In this document: one piece after another, positions 12,026 to 23,513 of the stretch | Layout: every line of letters begins with the position of its first letter | How positions within the stretch are numbered: the first letter of the stretch is position 1 | From: Fistulifera solaris | Lineage: Eukaryota | Reading direction: 5' to 3' | Length of the DNA stretch: 64,000 bases | Assembly (NCBI GenBank): GCA_030295235.1 | Contig: AP026129.1 | Coordinates: forward strand, 930,001 to 994,000 | Notes under the pieces: model-generated | What the model was told of the DNA's origin: nothing | The model's database searches: none | Seen by the model: the letters and a program-made list of their open reading frames with translations, nothing else | Made by a program: the position numbers and the translations under genes

Positions 12026-12913
12026 ATGCTGCAATTTGGTAAATACTTTTTCTTCATCTCTTGTCTTGCAACAGTGACAGATGCTTGGGGGATTTTCCCT
12101 CGAGCTCAGCGTTCCCTGACTCGTTTGGATGCCGCCGTGGGTATCTTTTACGGCACCTCCACGGGTAGTACGAGCGACGCGGCCGAACTGATTTATGAGG
12201 CGTTCGGAGCCGATGTAGCAGCCGAACCGGTCGATGTTGATACCTTGGACAAGGGTGCGCTCGCCGACGCGTTTGGGCAGCACGATGCATTGATCGTTGG
12301 GACACCCACGTGGAACACCGGCGCGAACACGGAACGCAGTGGCACCGGCTGGGACGAGTTGTATTATTCCAAAATGCCCGCCTTGAAAACACAGTTAGAC
12401 GGCAAGAAGGTGGCGGTTTTTGGTTTGGGTGATCAAGTCAGCTATGCGGAGAATTATGCGGATGCAACCGGCGAACTGTGGGACGTCTTTCAAGGTTTGG
12501 GCTGCACGATGCTGGGAGCATGGAGTCAAGAAGGATATGAGCACGAGGCATCCAAAAGTATTCGTGGAGACAAATTTTGTGGCCTTCTATTAGATGCCGT
12601 GAATCAGGAAGAATTGACGGGAGAGCGTGTGCAGCAATGGGTGGCACAGCTAATTGCGGAAGGCATTCTTGATAGTAGTGGTTTTTCGACAGCCACTAGC
12701 AGTGCCTCGGCGAAGGCTGTAGAAGAGGAACTTCCAGAGTTGAAAGAAATGGCAACAAACAGCCGTATTTTGGATGAAAACATTGCTCTTCACTCAAGTG
12801 GCGGTTTCAAGGCTCACGTCAATCCAGTTTCGGGGAGAACCATGTGGACCAGTGCAGATGGTCGCAAGTCATTTACTACAGTTGGGACAGTCAAGAAAAC
12901 AACAAAGCCGTAA
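12026..12913 (+). CDS. Plastid long-chain flavodoxin with C-terminal extension (clade I-like)
   Basis: VGIFYGTSTGST, VGTPTWNTG..ERSGTGWDE and YAENYADATGEL; about 80-aa extension ending HVNPVSGRTMWTSADGRKSFTT. Confidence 0.95.
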   Translation: MLQFGKYFFFISCLATVTDAWGIFPRAQRSLTRLDAAVGIFYGTSTGSTSDAAELIYEAFGADVAAEPVDVDTLDKGALADAFGQHDALIVGTPTWNTGANTERSGTGWDELYYSKMPALKTQLDGKKVAVFGLGDQVSYAENYADATGELWDVFQGLGCTMLGAWSQEGYEHEASKSIRGDKFCGLLLDAVNQEELTGERVQQWVAQLIAEGILDSSGFSTATSSASAKAVEEELPELKEMATNSRILDENIALHSSGGFKAHVNPVSGRTMWTSADGRKSFTTVGTVKKTTKP

Positions 12914-13341
12914 GATAGGCTTTTGATGAATAACTGGTAATGCCACTTTAGACTTACTATTTCATTCCGATTAAGAAATCAAAATATTCTTTCGTTTAAT
13001 TTCGAAGGAAACAAATGTATTGGCCTACTGCATCCGATTCGGTAGTTTACTGCAAAATGAAATTTGACCTTCTTACAAAGAGAGTTTCTGTGTGAATTAA
13101 GGTACAGAGCCTATCGCCGAGGTCTTTTCATAGAAGGAAACGAGAAATAATGGCAATTATTGTTTGGTTGATGATATTAACCGTTGACGGCCAAACGTGA
13201 TTGGTCGAAACTCGAAACACGTTCTTCGACAACGCATCCGGCGGGAACCGCACACTATGTCTTGACCGTATCTTTTCACAAACTGGCGATCAAAAGGAGG
13301 TAACAAACATAACACTTTCACATTCATTGCAGACAGTAACC

Positions 13342-14796
13342 ATGAAGTTTCTTGCAGTTTGCTTTTCCGTTTTCGTTACCGCTCAAGCGGTTAATCCGAC
13401 TGAATGTCTATCGAGTGTTGATCCTGACTTTGATTACTTTCCGGACAAAGTATCTGCTGTCGACTCGAAGCTTTGGACTGTGTCTTATCACAACTCGTAC
13501 AAAATTCTCCGTAACATCGATTCAAATTCATCTTACCTCCTCTATCAGTGCGGAACCACCCCTCCCGCTGACTCAAACCTTTACGATGAAGTCATTCCAA
13601 TTCCCATCGCACCCAATGTCGCGATTGATGAGGTTGTTCATATTCCGATGCTGGAGCAACTGGGTCAAGTCCAATCTATCGATGTTTTCTTGACAGATCC
13701 GCAGTACATTTCGTCGCCATGTTTCCGAGATAAAGTTACCGCGGGAGAAGTGTTGCTGGTCGACCGCACAGAAGAAGATACAAGCCCTGATCTGCTCCTC
13801 AACCAGCCCAGCTCCCCGGAGCGTGTCATGGAAGTCTTGCAAAATGTCTCCGTTGCATTCGTTAGCCCCTTTCATAGTGATATTCCTGGGGTAGATACGT
13901 ACGTCAAGGTCAGTTTTTACGCCGAATTGACCAACGCAGCCATATTCGAATGGCTCAAGTTCTACAGCACCTTCTTCAACCTCGAAGCAGTGGCCAACGA
14001 AGCCGTCGAAGCAGCCGCGGATCGATACGAGTGTGTCACTGAAAATGCCGGGCGCATTCAAGCCGATTTCCCCCAACAGCCCACGGTTCTCTGGGCCTAC
14101 TACAGTGATTACTGCCTCGGATGGAGCGTAGCAAAATGTCCCAATTATTATTGCGAATTCGCGTCGGCGTGTTCCGCTCAGCTCTTGTCGGACGATGATG
14201 AATCGCAATCCTATTCTGTAGATGCATGTGGAACCAAGTTTATGAATGTCACGGAGTTGGTCGCTTTTGGCAAAGACGCTGATCATTGGATCTTTCCTGC
14301 TCCCAACTGGGACGAAACCAACGTCGAATTTGAGAAGGAGCTCTCTGTGATGAAATCAGTCCAGAACAAACAAGTCTTTGACTATCTCGGTGCGGGACCC
14401 AATGCTTGGTACGAGGAGCGCTACTCGAGCTACTACGATGTTGTCCAGGACTTTTGTTCTGTAGTGGGTACAACTTCTCCGCTTCCGGGGGGTCGGTGGT
14501 TTCGTAACGTCTTTCAGCACAAGGAGGGACAAGCCGGTGAATGTACGAGGGAAGGCGAACATTCCATTCTGCCCTATAACTTTGAATGTGTTCCAGCGGT
14601 GTTCGACTTGCCCATTGCAAGTCCGGTCGCAACTGCACCAGCTGGAAAGCCTGTTGCGGAATCTCCTATGGGGCAGCCGGTTGCAGAACCATCGACAGGT
14701 GGGTCCGTCGCAGAAACACCGTCAAGTTCAAGTTCTTTTGAATTGAATTATGCTTGCCTCGCTCTTATGTCTATCGGTGCTTTGATGCTTCAGTAG
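13342..14796 (+). CDS. CBA1: CBA1-like secreted/surface periplasmic-binding-fold protein (cobalamin acquisition protein family, or a related metal-chelate binder)
   Basis: Signal peptide; DYFPDKV..WTVSYHNSYK..YLLYQCGT, YISSPC, EWLKFYSTFFNLE and CPNYYCEF; Pro/Ser-rich stalk and hydrophobic C-terminus (anchor-like). The family assignment is from motif recall; the ligand is not shown. Confidence 0.7.
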   Translation: MKFLAVCFSVFVTAQAVNPTECLSSVDPDFDYFPDKVSAVDSKLWTVSYHNSYKILRNIDSNSSYLLYQCGTTPPADSNLYDEVIPIPIAPNVAIDEVVHIPMLEQLGQVQSIDVFLTDPQYISSPCFRDKVTAGEVLLVDRTEEDTSPDLLLNQPSSPERVMEVLQNVSVAFVSPFHSDIPGVDTYVKVSFYAELTNAAIFEWLKFYSTFFNLEAVANEAVEAAADRYECVTENAGRIQADFPQQPTVLWAYYSDYCLGWSVAKCPNYYCEFASACSAQLLSDDDESQSYSVDACGTKFMNVTELVAFGKDADHWIFPAPNWDETNVEFEKELSVMKSVQNKQVFDYLGAGPNAWYEERYSSYYDVVQDFCSVVGTTSPLPGGRWFRNVFQHKEGQAGECTREGEHSILPYNFECVPAVFDLPIASPVATAPAGKPVAESPMGQPVAEPSTGGSVAETPSSSSSFELNYACLALMSIGALMLQ

Positions 14797-15726
14797 AAGG
14801 TTGCGATTGCAGGGTCCACTGTAGAGCAATAATAGCCAGTAACAGATAACAGAAATTTGGTTGCTTCGTGTTAGTTCCTTGGGTTGCTTGAGATCACTGC
14901 AGAACATCTTGGTTCACTTTAAAACTTTTTGTACAATAAGTACTGCACCTGGTCCATTTAGAAACCAATTTCGTGCAGGGCATGCTTTGATCCGTGACTT
15001 TCATTGTTACAGCTTTAAACTTGGAGTAAAACTTCGTTTTCGATTGTTACATGCTCTTTGGTCCAGCCGCCATACCTCAGCATTGCAAAGTCCGAAATGA
15101 TATATTTCCCTACGAGGGCGACGTGAAATTGACGTTGACATTCAAAGAAAGCAACGTAGAACCGAAAACCGAAGTACGTACGATTCGAACGAACATTGCG
15201 CATTCTAGTCTACAAGTACTTGACCGTCATGCACTCTTGCTTTCCACTAATGTACGAAGGCGAATGCAAGCAAATACAGGGTACAGAGGTAAACGGAGCT
15301 CCGCCTTCATTTTTCTTGAAAAATTCAAACGAGAGCGAGACGGACGTACTTTATGTTTTTTAATTGAAAAATGTGAAGTTCTTTTCTTAGTGCAAGCGAT
15401 TATCAACGGAAATTCCCGTATACATGCACCGGTTAGGGTTAAAGTAACTATTCCTGAGTCCTTTGTTAACTTCACAATAGCTGTTTGGATCAATTCGACT
15501 ACGCAGAATTCAATTTTCGACTCCAAAAGTTCATCAGATCAACCGATCATTTGCTTTTCAGCATGGATAATCATGGTCCAAACGCCGAAGAGCCTCGGAA
15601 TCGGCGATCGGTGAGGTTTGGCGAAGATCAAATTCACTACGTCGAACGTCTCGAACCGAGTACAGAAGAAGAGACAGTACCGGCTATTCGTACTAGTCAC
15701 AGTGAATCTCAAAGTATTAAGAACGC

Positions 15727-17095
15727 TAGGGTTAGCCAATTCTTGAATGTGACAGAATCAATCCCGCTTGGTCCTCCACTTCCGTGTAGCTTGGTAGCCG
15801 TTGTTTCAATGGCATCTGATGAGATTCGAAGCGGTATCACTGGTGGGAGGTTGTCATGGTGTTCAAAAGCACTGTGCCCCCCGGGTCGATCAAGGTCAGG
15901 GACTCGCATCTCAGGGTGTTTTTCTTCTAACACGTCTATGACTTTGCCGTCCTGTTTTTTCATCGATTTCATCAGGGTCAAGTACACCGCCTTTTTGATG
16001 GGTAGTTTTGAGCTGTTGCATTGCTTCTTTTGTTCTTCCTGACTTTAATGTGAGGTCGAATTGTCGTGCCAGCTCTTCCATAGATTCTTTGCGCTTCCGG
16101 GAAGCGCGATGCGCCTTGTGTACAAAGTGTCCGTAAACAGTGCTTCGAAATGTTCGTTTGCCCACATGTCCATTCGGTCATTGAGCCTGTTCGTGATGTT
16201 CCTATGTCCCTTGACTGTTGGGCATCGTTCCAGGATGACAATGCAGAAGACAATTACTCGTTCAAAGTTGGCTGTTCTATGCACTCGGACATTCTTCATT
16301 TCTTCAACTAGGAGGTTTAGGAATCTTTTGATGTCGCACATTTAGACAGCATGTAGCTACGGGATGGGTAAGATACCAATTTGTAGTACCATTCTTGCCA
16401 TTTTGCATCAATGTCCGCTGGTATTCCTCCCGTGAGATGGGTGCCGTCGTTGTTATGGGGATGGTCTCCGTAGACTTCTTTGATTTTTCTGTGTGCCTCT
16501 TCTTCAACGAAATCCGGAAGGTCCGCATCGGGTTCAGGGGTAAGGAAAGGTTCATAATTGTTGTGCGGTGTAAAGCTTTCTCCCCTTTCTGCCTCAGAGT
16601 CATCATCCGTGTCTTCGTTTAGTAGTCTACCATCATCAATCTCAATACGGGGCATAGTTGTTTCGCGTGGTTCGGCTTCTTGTTTTAGTGCTGGTTCCCC
16701 ATTATTGAATGGAAGTGCAATAGTGTCCTGGGCCTGATTGATGTTTTGAGTATTGTCCCTTTGTCTGTTTTCGTCCGTGAGTCTAGTGCGATGGTGCCAA
16801 GGCACTTGAGCAGTTGTTGGTTGAACGACCTCGACGACAATTTCTCGTCCGTTGATGTTGTGAACGGAGGTGTCGTTGGTTTCCGTTGGTGCCGTTGGGG
16901 CAACGAAGTCTACAACAAGATCTCGTCCGTTAACGTTGTGAGTTGTGGTTGTGGTATCCGTAGCAGTTTCTTTGTTATGACAGTCAGCGCAGATACAGTT
17001 GGTACAATGGACTCCATTCACGTTTACATGCGCATTTTTTCCGTTGTAGACAGTGAGAGCGCCGACTGCAGTCACAGCATCGTGATCTTCTTGCT
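15727..17095 (-). pseudogene. Inverted N-terminal portion of the retroelement ORF (CXC-like Cys cluster, linker, pre-RT region)
   Basis: Minus-strand fragments VYGDHPHNNDGTHLTGGI, FERVIVFCIVIL..RMDMW, KSGRTKEAM..GGVLDP and DVLEEKHP..GSGGPSGIDS..KNWLT, which normally precede the RT. Confidence 0.85.
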
Positions 17096-19345
17096 CATGG
17101 CAAAGCATCCCACGCTCTCAGAAAAGAAATGGCAGAATGGACGGAATGGATTTCTAATGGTAATCCACCATATGCAGCTATTCGGGCTCTGATGAATGCT
17201 AGATTGATTGCTCTAGACAAAAAGCCAGGAATTCGGCCTGTTGCGGTTGGCGAAATCTTCCGAAGACTTATGGGTAAACGGTTCTTAAAGTCACAGGATA
17301 CACCGCGACCGTTGTTTGTGGAAATCTTAATCTTTGCGTGGGGTTACCGTCCGGAATGGAAGGCGGTTCATGCAATGCACCAGAAATACATCAAGGCGCG
17401 CCAAGCAACAGCAGAAAAACAAATCACTCACTTGGAAGGCCACGATATATACCCTACAGCACTAGAAGTTCAAATGGAAGTTGAAGATACAGAAGAGATT
17501 TATGATTATGATGATTTCCTTGATGACGATCTAATTGAAGAATTTGTATCCGACCCTGAATTAATGCTTTTGGTTGATGCACGAAATGCATTTAATGAAA
17601 TCAGCCGACTTTCACTTCTCTGGACTGTCCGCCATCTTTGGCCACAAGGATCTCGATTTGCATTCAATTGCTATCGCCATGCTTCAACTCTCTTCATTCG
17701 GAAACAAAATGAATTTGCCATGACGATCCAAAGCAGAGAAGGAGTTGCTCAAGGAGACCCCTTGAGCATGATCCTTTATGGACTAGCTCTTGCTCCAATT
17801 ACCCAAACCATTCGCGCACCGAAGTCGATGACATTGTATCACCTTTCATACCGACGATGCAGCATTTGCAGGTAAAGCGTCCAGTATTGACAAGGCAATG
17901 CAAATTCTTATGCAACTTGGTCCAGATCGCGGTTACTTCCCAGAACCCGAAAAGAGTATTGTTGTATGCCGTAAATCCGACGAACAAAGCTGCAAGCTCA
18001 TTCTCGAGAAATATGGGTTTCAGTACACGCGGACATCGATACTTGGGAGGATTTATTGGCTCATCAGTCGAACGCGACAAGTGGGTTACGGCAAAAATCA
18101 ACGAATGGGTAAGCACTCTGACGACACTTTCCGAAGTCGCCAAAAGATACCCCCAAGCCTATTCAGGATTTTGTCGGTCACTCCAAATGGAATGGCAATA
18201 CGTCCAACGAGTCATTCCTGGAATATCTCATCTCTTTGCACCCCTTGAGAAATGCATCCAGAAGAAATTCCTCCCGGCACTACTTGGCGAAGATCAGCCG
18301 ATCACGGGTGACTTGCGGAAATTCTCTCTCTCAGCACAAAGGCAGCGGGGATTGGCATTTGGAACCCGGTAAAGACATGCGAACACAACTTCTCTACCTC
18401 ACAAGACATCACGAAACTCATCTCAAACAGTTTATACAGCAACACAGAATTAAACGTTGGAGAGCATCTTTCACATGCCACAGTAGAGAAAAACAGTGCC
18501 GCAAAAATCCGATTTCAAAACGAAATTCAAACGCTTGACGAAATCTGTATTGGAAGACCAGATGAAAGGCGAAGACTTCTTCGAGCAAAATCGACAGGAA
18601 TTTGGCTCTCGGTGCGTCCACAGACATTCACGGACACCGAACTCTCAAAAGACTTAATTCCGTGACAGTCTACGAATTCGCTCAGGACTCCCAATTCTTG
18701 ATCTCCCCAAGAAGTGTGATGGATGCAATAAACCGTTTACAGTCGAACATGCACAACAATGCAAAAACGGTGGACTTGTTATCCAGAGACACGACGATCT
18801 GAAAGCGAATTCATGTCTCTTTGCACGCAAGCCTTTGGACCCAAATCTGTTCGGGCGATGAGCCTACCATTCACACATTTGGCAACAGCAACAACAGTAC
18901 ACAGGTTCAAGAGCTTCGAGGAGATGTTTCGGCCTATGGCTTTTGGAATGAGAGACGAACGACCATTTTCGATGTCCGAGTTACTGATACCGACGCACCG
19001 TCATACAGAAACCGTGACCCGATTAAGGTTCTGGCTTCTCAAGAGCGTGAAAAGCGTAGCATGTACGGACCCCCTTGCCACGAACGCAGACGAGACTTCA
19101 CTCCCCTGGTCTTTTCTATTGACGGAATGATGGGACAACAGGCTATTTCAGCATCGAGACAGCTTGCAAGAAAACTTCAGCGGAAGTGGAACAAGCCATA
19201 CTCCGAGATCTGTGGCTTCATCCGGGCGCGCATGAGTCTTTCCCTGGTCAGGTCAGTTAGTATGCTTCTGCGAAATCCAAGAGAAGGAATGCCAAAACGG
19301 AATCCCCCTCATTGGGAAACGGGCTCGGGACTGGCCCTCTACTAG
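17096..19345 (+). pseudogene. RT + zinc knuckle + restriction-like endonuclease portion of the retroelement ORF, with multiple frameshifts
   Basis: ORFs 17129-17875, 17857-18372 and 18821-19345 carry successive motifs in different frames. Some indels lie outside homopolymers. Confidence 0.88.
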
Positions 19346-19847
19346 CGCACTAAGGCTAGGGAGTTAGAACCAAAGTTTACTCAGAGAAGTGTCAGACTGA
19401 AATATATGTGAATGAAAAGTGGAAAATTCAGTCGAATGTCAAGATTAGATTCTGACGATTAAAAAATTAGGAAGAAAATATATATGTGAAAAAAAATTAT
19501 CAACGGATAACTTGTGTGGGTTGTTTTGCGCGCCTCGGTCGTCACTTCGTCCGCGCGGCGTCTCGTCAACGAAAAATAATACTCCGGGGTAATACGCAAC
19601 GACGCGAGGCGCAATCAAAGGCAACAACACAGTTTGCGCCTTGTAGCTTGTTTTTACAACATTTGCAAGTCTCAATCAACCTGTTTTCAAGATTCTAATC
19701 AATCTCGCAGAGTGCTTCGTAAATCTTCGGAGTGGCTTGATATTTTTCTGGGTGAAGAAAGGATTCACTCATTCATCAAGTCTTTGGTTGAATTTCGGTC
19801 AAAGCAAAATCGTTTTCCCGTGTTTGAAGACACAAAATAATACAATC

Positions 19848-22800
19848 ATGACAGGTGATGCGGAAGAAGCGGCTCAGCGAGGAAATTTGGCAAATTCAGT
19901 ATCACGAGACGCGGAAGTGTCGGTGTCCAGCGCCAATACGCAAACCCGGTTCAGCTTTTACAATGCAGAGGATTTTACGACAAGGGAAGAACCAAATCCG
20001 CATCGTTTTAATTTCTATAATGAAGAGCTGCAAAGACAAGTTGCAGCACAAACCGCGCCTTCAGTGGAAGAACCTTTAGCTCAAGCATCCGAGGGACACG
20101 CATCATTGAATTCTCCGCAAAATAATCCTGATTCGATCGAAATACTTCGCTCTCTCCAGCAGCATGAACAGCAAAGGTTAACATTACTCGACAATCATGT
20201 CGATGAAGCGTTAGAGGTGTCTACTGAGAAGTCGAATCCTTATGAAGATGCAATTAAAGAAGCTCTGACACTCTTGAGGAAACATCGCGACCCGAGTAGT
20301 TCTGCTAGCTCACTGGATGGGCACATGTCGACGAATTCCTTCTCTCCTTCCCTGTCAGGCCGACCCGCTGCCATTGATACCAATCCAATCCGTCACAATT
20401 TAGATCATGGGGACGATTTATGTAACCCGACACCAACAAATTTGCCAATTTATTCACAATCCACTGCTTTAGATGCGGCGTTCTACCCATCGACGGATGT
20501 CATGACGCCCGGATCGATCTCAGCTCTTGGTGACGCCTACCAGGCGGAAATCGAGGCTCGTCGACGACAACGACAGGAACGCATGGCGAAATATGCTACC
20601 CGATTGGCGGAACTAAAGCAAGAGAATGGCACGGTCGCGTCGTCATCGTCGCAGCTCGAGAGAACGGAAGACGAAAGTGAACATTTAGGTCTTGTTGCAC
20701 CAACAACTCCCGCTTTAGAACTTTCTTCTTCCGTACATCGACTGCCATCGCAACCATACGTTGCTTTTCTTTCGAACCAAATACCACACGTTGCCTCTGG
20801 GTTGACAACAACAAGTCGGATAGACGAATATCATCAACGACAAGTTCAACTCGGGGTAGAAAAGGTGCTGCTCGCTATTCTTGATCGGGCCAATAGCGGA
20901 AGTTTAGGACAGCAGCAAACGTCACCTTTGACGAGTGGATGGCGTCAGGAGGAGAAAAAGTCACGTTCCGGTGAAGCTGAACCTATTCGACAACGACAAG
21001 ACGACGACGACGCCGATCCACTTGTTCAGGCAATGTCTGAACTTTTACAAAAGCCACCGGCTGCAATGTTTACGGATGATTTACCTTTGATGGAAAGAGA
21101 GGAATTGGAGCAAACTCTGGCTCTTGAATCCTTCAATGAAACCACGTTGAACGCAGATGAAATTGCTGAGGATTCACCAACTGTACATATCCCGGAAGAA
21201 GCATTTCCTTCTGAACTGAGGCTAACGCACTCTGACCCAGGACCGGAAGCTCATGCCGAACTGGATCGTATGATTGAAGAAGTCCTTAAGAAGAATTCCG
21301 AAGGCGCCGACAGCTGTGACTCTTCAGATATGTATACTTCTGATCCGATCAACCAACGAGTGAGGCGAATTTTAACAGCTAGCAGCAGTAACGACGTATC
21401 TGATGGTAATCCTAACCAAGAAGAAAGCGAGAGTCTTTTGCAAGATGAAGAAGATTCCGAGATTCATGATTCAGCAGGACTTATTGATTCGATAGACGAT
21501 GTTCTCGACGTCGGAAGCGACAATGAGAATCGCTGCGACGAAGAGACAAATTCTGAAATTGAAACCGACAATCCAAGTGTTATGAATGGTGTACTGGGGC
21601 CCCTTAGTACATTGGCTGGTGGGACGACAGGAGTGGTGCTTGAATCAGACTCTTCGGAGGAGTCTCCGTCTCTTTTGACTCAATTTCTGCCGTTGCGCTA
21701 AACTTTGTTGCTGGAGTCCCGAGCAGTAGTGAAAGTGAAGCATGTTCATCTGGTACAGAATCTTCTGGAGCACAGAGCAAAGAGAAGTCCCGGACGTACG
21801 AGCTAATGAATACATTGTTTGCTCATTCAATCTCAGCAGAATTTCCGAAAACCAAGAAAAGATTATATGACCGGATTCCTTCTTGGGACGAATCAAACCC
21901 AGACGAACTGGGATATCGTGTCATTCGGCTTACGTCGGAGCAATTAGAGGAAGTACAAGAAGTGTATGAACTTGAAATACGTGCGCGTCGGAAAGAAAAA
22001 GAAAAGCTCGGAGACAATTCATTGGAAGATGACTTAGCGCACGCAGAGGAGCAGTTGAGAATAGAGGAACGCCGTAAGAAAGCAAATGAGGTTGATGGTG
22101 GCTGCTTTTCTGCCTGGTCAAAAGATTTCAAAGAGTCCGACTGCTTGCAAGAGTTTCCAGGGGTCAAGCCAACTGGTCGCGGTGAGATGGGCGATTTGGA
22201 GTTTTTCTGTCTCCCCATTATCTTCAAATCACACGTTACAGGTTTCGAACCCACGAAAGATATCTATCTTGAAGCAGGAAATATCGTAGCGGGACAATAT
22301 CTTGTTGAAGGAGAAATGGGCAGCGCAGCTTTCAGTACAGCCTACCGGTGTATTGATCTGAATTCAGTGGGCGACGGTCCTGACGGGCATGAAGAAGTGT
22401 GCCTGAAAGTTATCAAGAACACTAAAGATTTCTTTGATCAATCGTTAGACGAGATAAAGATTTTGGAGTTACTGCGACAGACTGGTATGTGTGATCAGAA
22501 AAACATTTTGAAGATGAAAACCTTTTTCTACCATCGCGAGCATTTAATCATTGTTACCGAACTTCTTCGACAAAATCTATTTGAATTCGGAAAGTTTATT
22601 ACTGACAATGACGAAGAGCCATACTTCACGATTCCCAGGTTGAGCTATATTACTCGACAATGCCTGGTTGCTCTTGATTTCGTTCACAAAATTGGGCTTG
22701 TTCATTCCGACATCAAACCGGAAAACATTCTTTTGGCTAGCTACAGTCGAGCGAAGATAAAAGTGATTGATTTTGGAAGCTCTTGCTATTTGACCGACAG

Positions 22801-23395
22801 GCAATCGTCGTATATCCAATCTCGATCCTACAGAGCACCCGAGGTGGTACTTGGCCTGCCATACGACGGGAGAATTGACATTTGGTCGCTCGGGTGTGTA
22901 GTCGCAGAGATGTTTACAGGAGAGGTAACATTTCAGAATGATTCTGTTGTTTCAATGTTGAGTCGAATTGAAGCGATTTGCGGTCCTGTTCCAAAGCGAA
23001 TGATCCGTCAGGGTCGCCAGAGCGGTACATTCTACACCTCTAGTTGTTTACTCTACGAGAAGGTGAAGAAATCACGGAAAGATAGCGATGATTCGCAAAG
23101 TGGCGATGACAGGAGTTCTGACGGAAGCGAGAGCGAAAGTTATCATTTCGACATATTTCAGCCCAAAAAGACTACTCTTGCCGCCCGATTAGGCTTTGCT
23201 GCAGATCTGATGCGTGACTATGATGCTGGAAAACATTTATCGCGAGAGCAGAAAAAACAAGCTATCTTTGTTGATTTCGTTCGTTCCTTGCTGACCATTG
23301 ATCCGGAAAAGCGACCAACCGCCGAAGAAGCCTTGAAGCACCCATGGATGGAATACGCGGCAACGTTAACTGAAGCGGACGTAAAGTATCCTTGA
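19848..23395 (+). CDS. DYRK-family (DYRKP-like) CMGC protein kinase with long disordered N-terminus
   Basis: GEMGSAAFS, CLKVIKN..FFDQSLDEI, VHSDIKPEN, IDFGSS and SSYIQSRSYRAPE. The two ORFs join through a 1-nt shift near 21675 (..SLFDSISAVALNF..YELMNTLF). Confidence 0.9.
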
Positions 23396-23513
23396 TAGAT
23401 GATTGTCAATAAAAACGTAGTCAGGAACTGTCGCCTAGCACACATTTAGGTAGATTAACAATGAATTTTAGAGTTAAGCATTGCGTTCTTGTTTACAAAG
23501 ACCGCACGATCGT

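Larger units (their letters stand above)
15727..19496. mobile_element. Decayed non-LTR retrotransposon of the CRE-like (RLE) type with an inverted 5' segment
   Basis: + strand 17096-19345: RLIALDKKPGIRPVAVGE, LLVDARNAFN, SREGVAQGDPLS, a disrupted xDD motif near 17848-17858, RYLGG, a CCHC knuckle (CDGC..EHAQQC) and RLE RGDV..FDVRV..FTPLVFS. The upstream part of the same ORF lies on the - strand at 17095-15727. An A run near 19489-19496 is a possible 3' end. Confidence 0.9.

Noticed and set aside
10989..14286. Long antisense ORFs (10989-11603, 13573-14286; also 33539-34117)
   Set aside because: They are shadows of codon-biased genes on the opposite strand and have no recognisable motifs.
14861..15526. 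ORFs between the CBA1-like gene and the retroelement
   Set aside because: No motifs or coding-like composition were recognised.
17096..19345. Bacterial RT system (retron, DGR or group II intron) or an active element
   Set aside because: The RT is followed by a CCHC knuckle and RLE typical of eukaryotic non-LTR elements, and the catalytic motif is frameshifted.
15711..19506. Target-site duplication (ATTAAGAACG left vs ATTATCAACG right)
   Set aside because: Only 8 of 10 bases match in AT-rich sequence; not convincing without the empty site.
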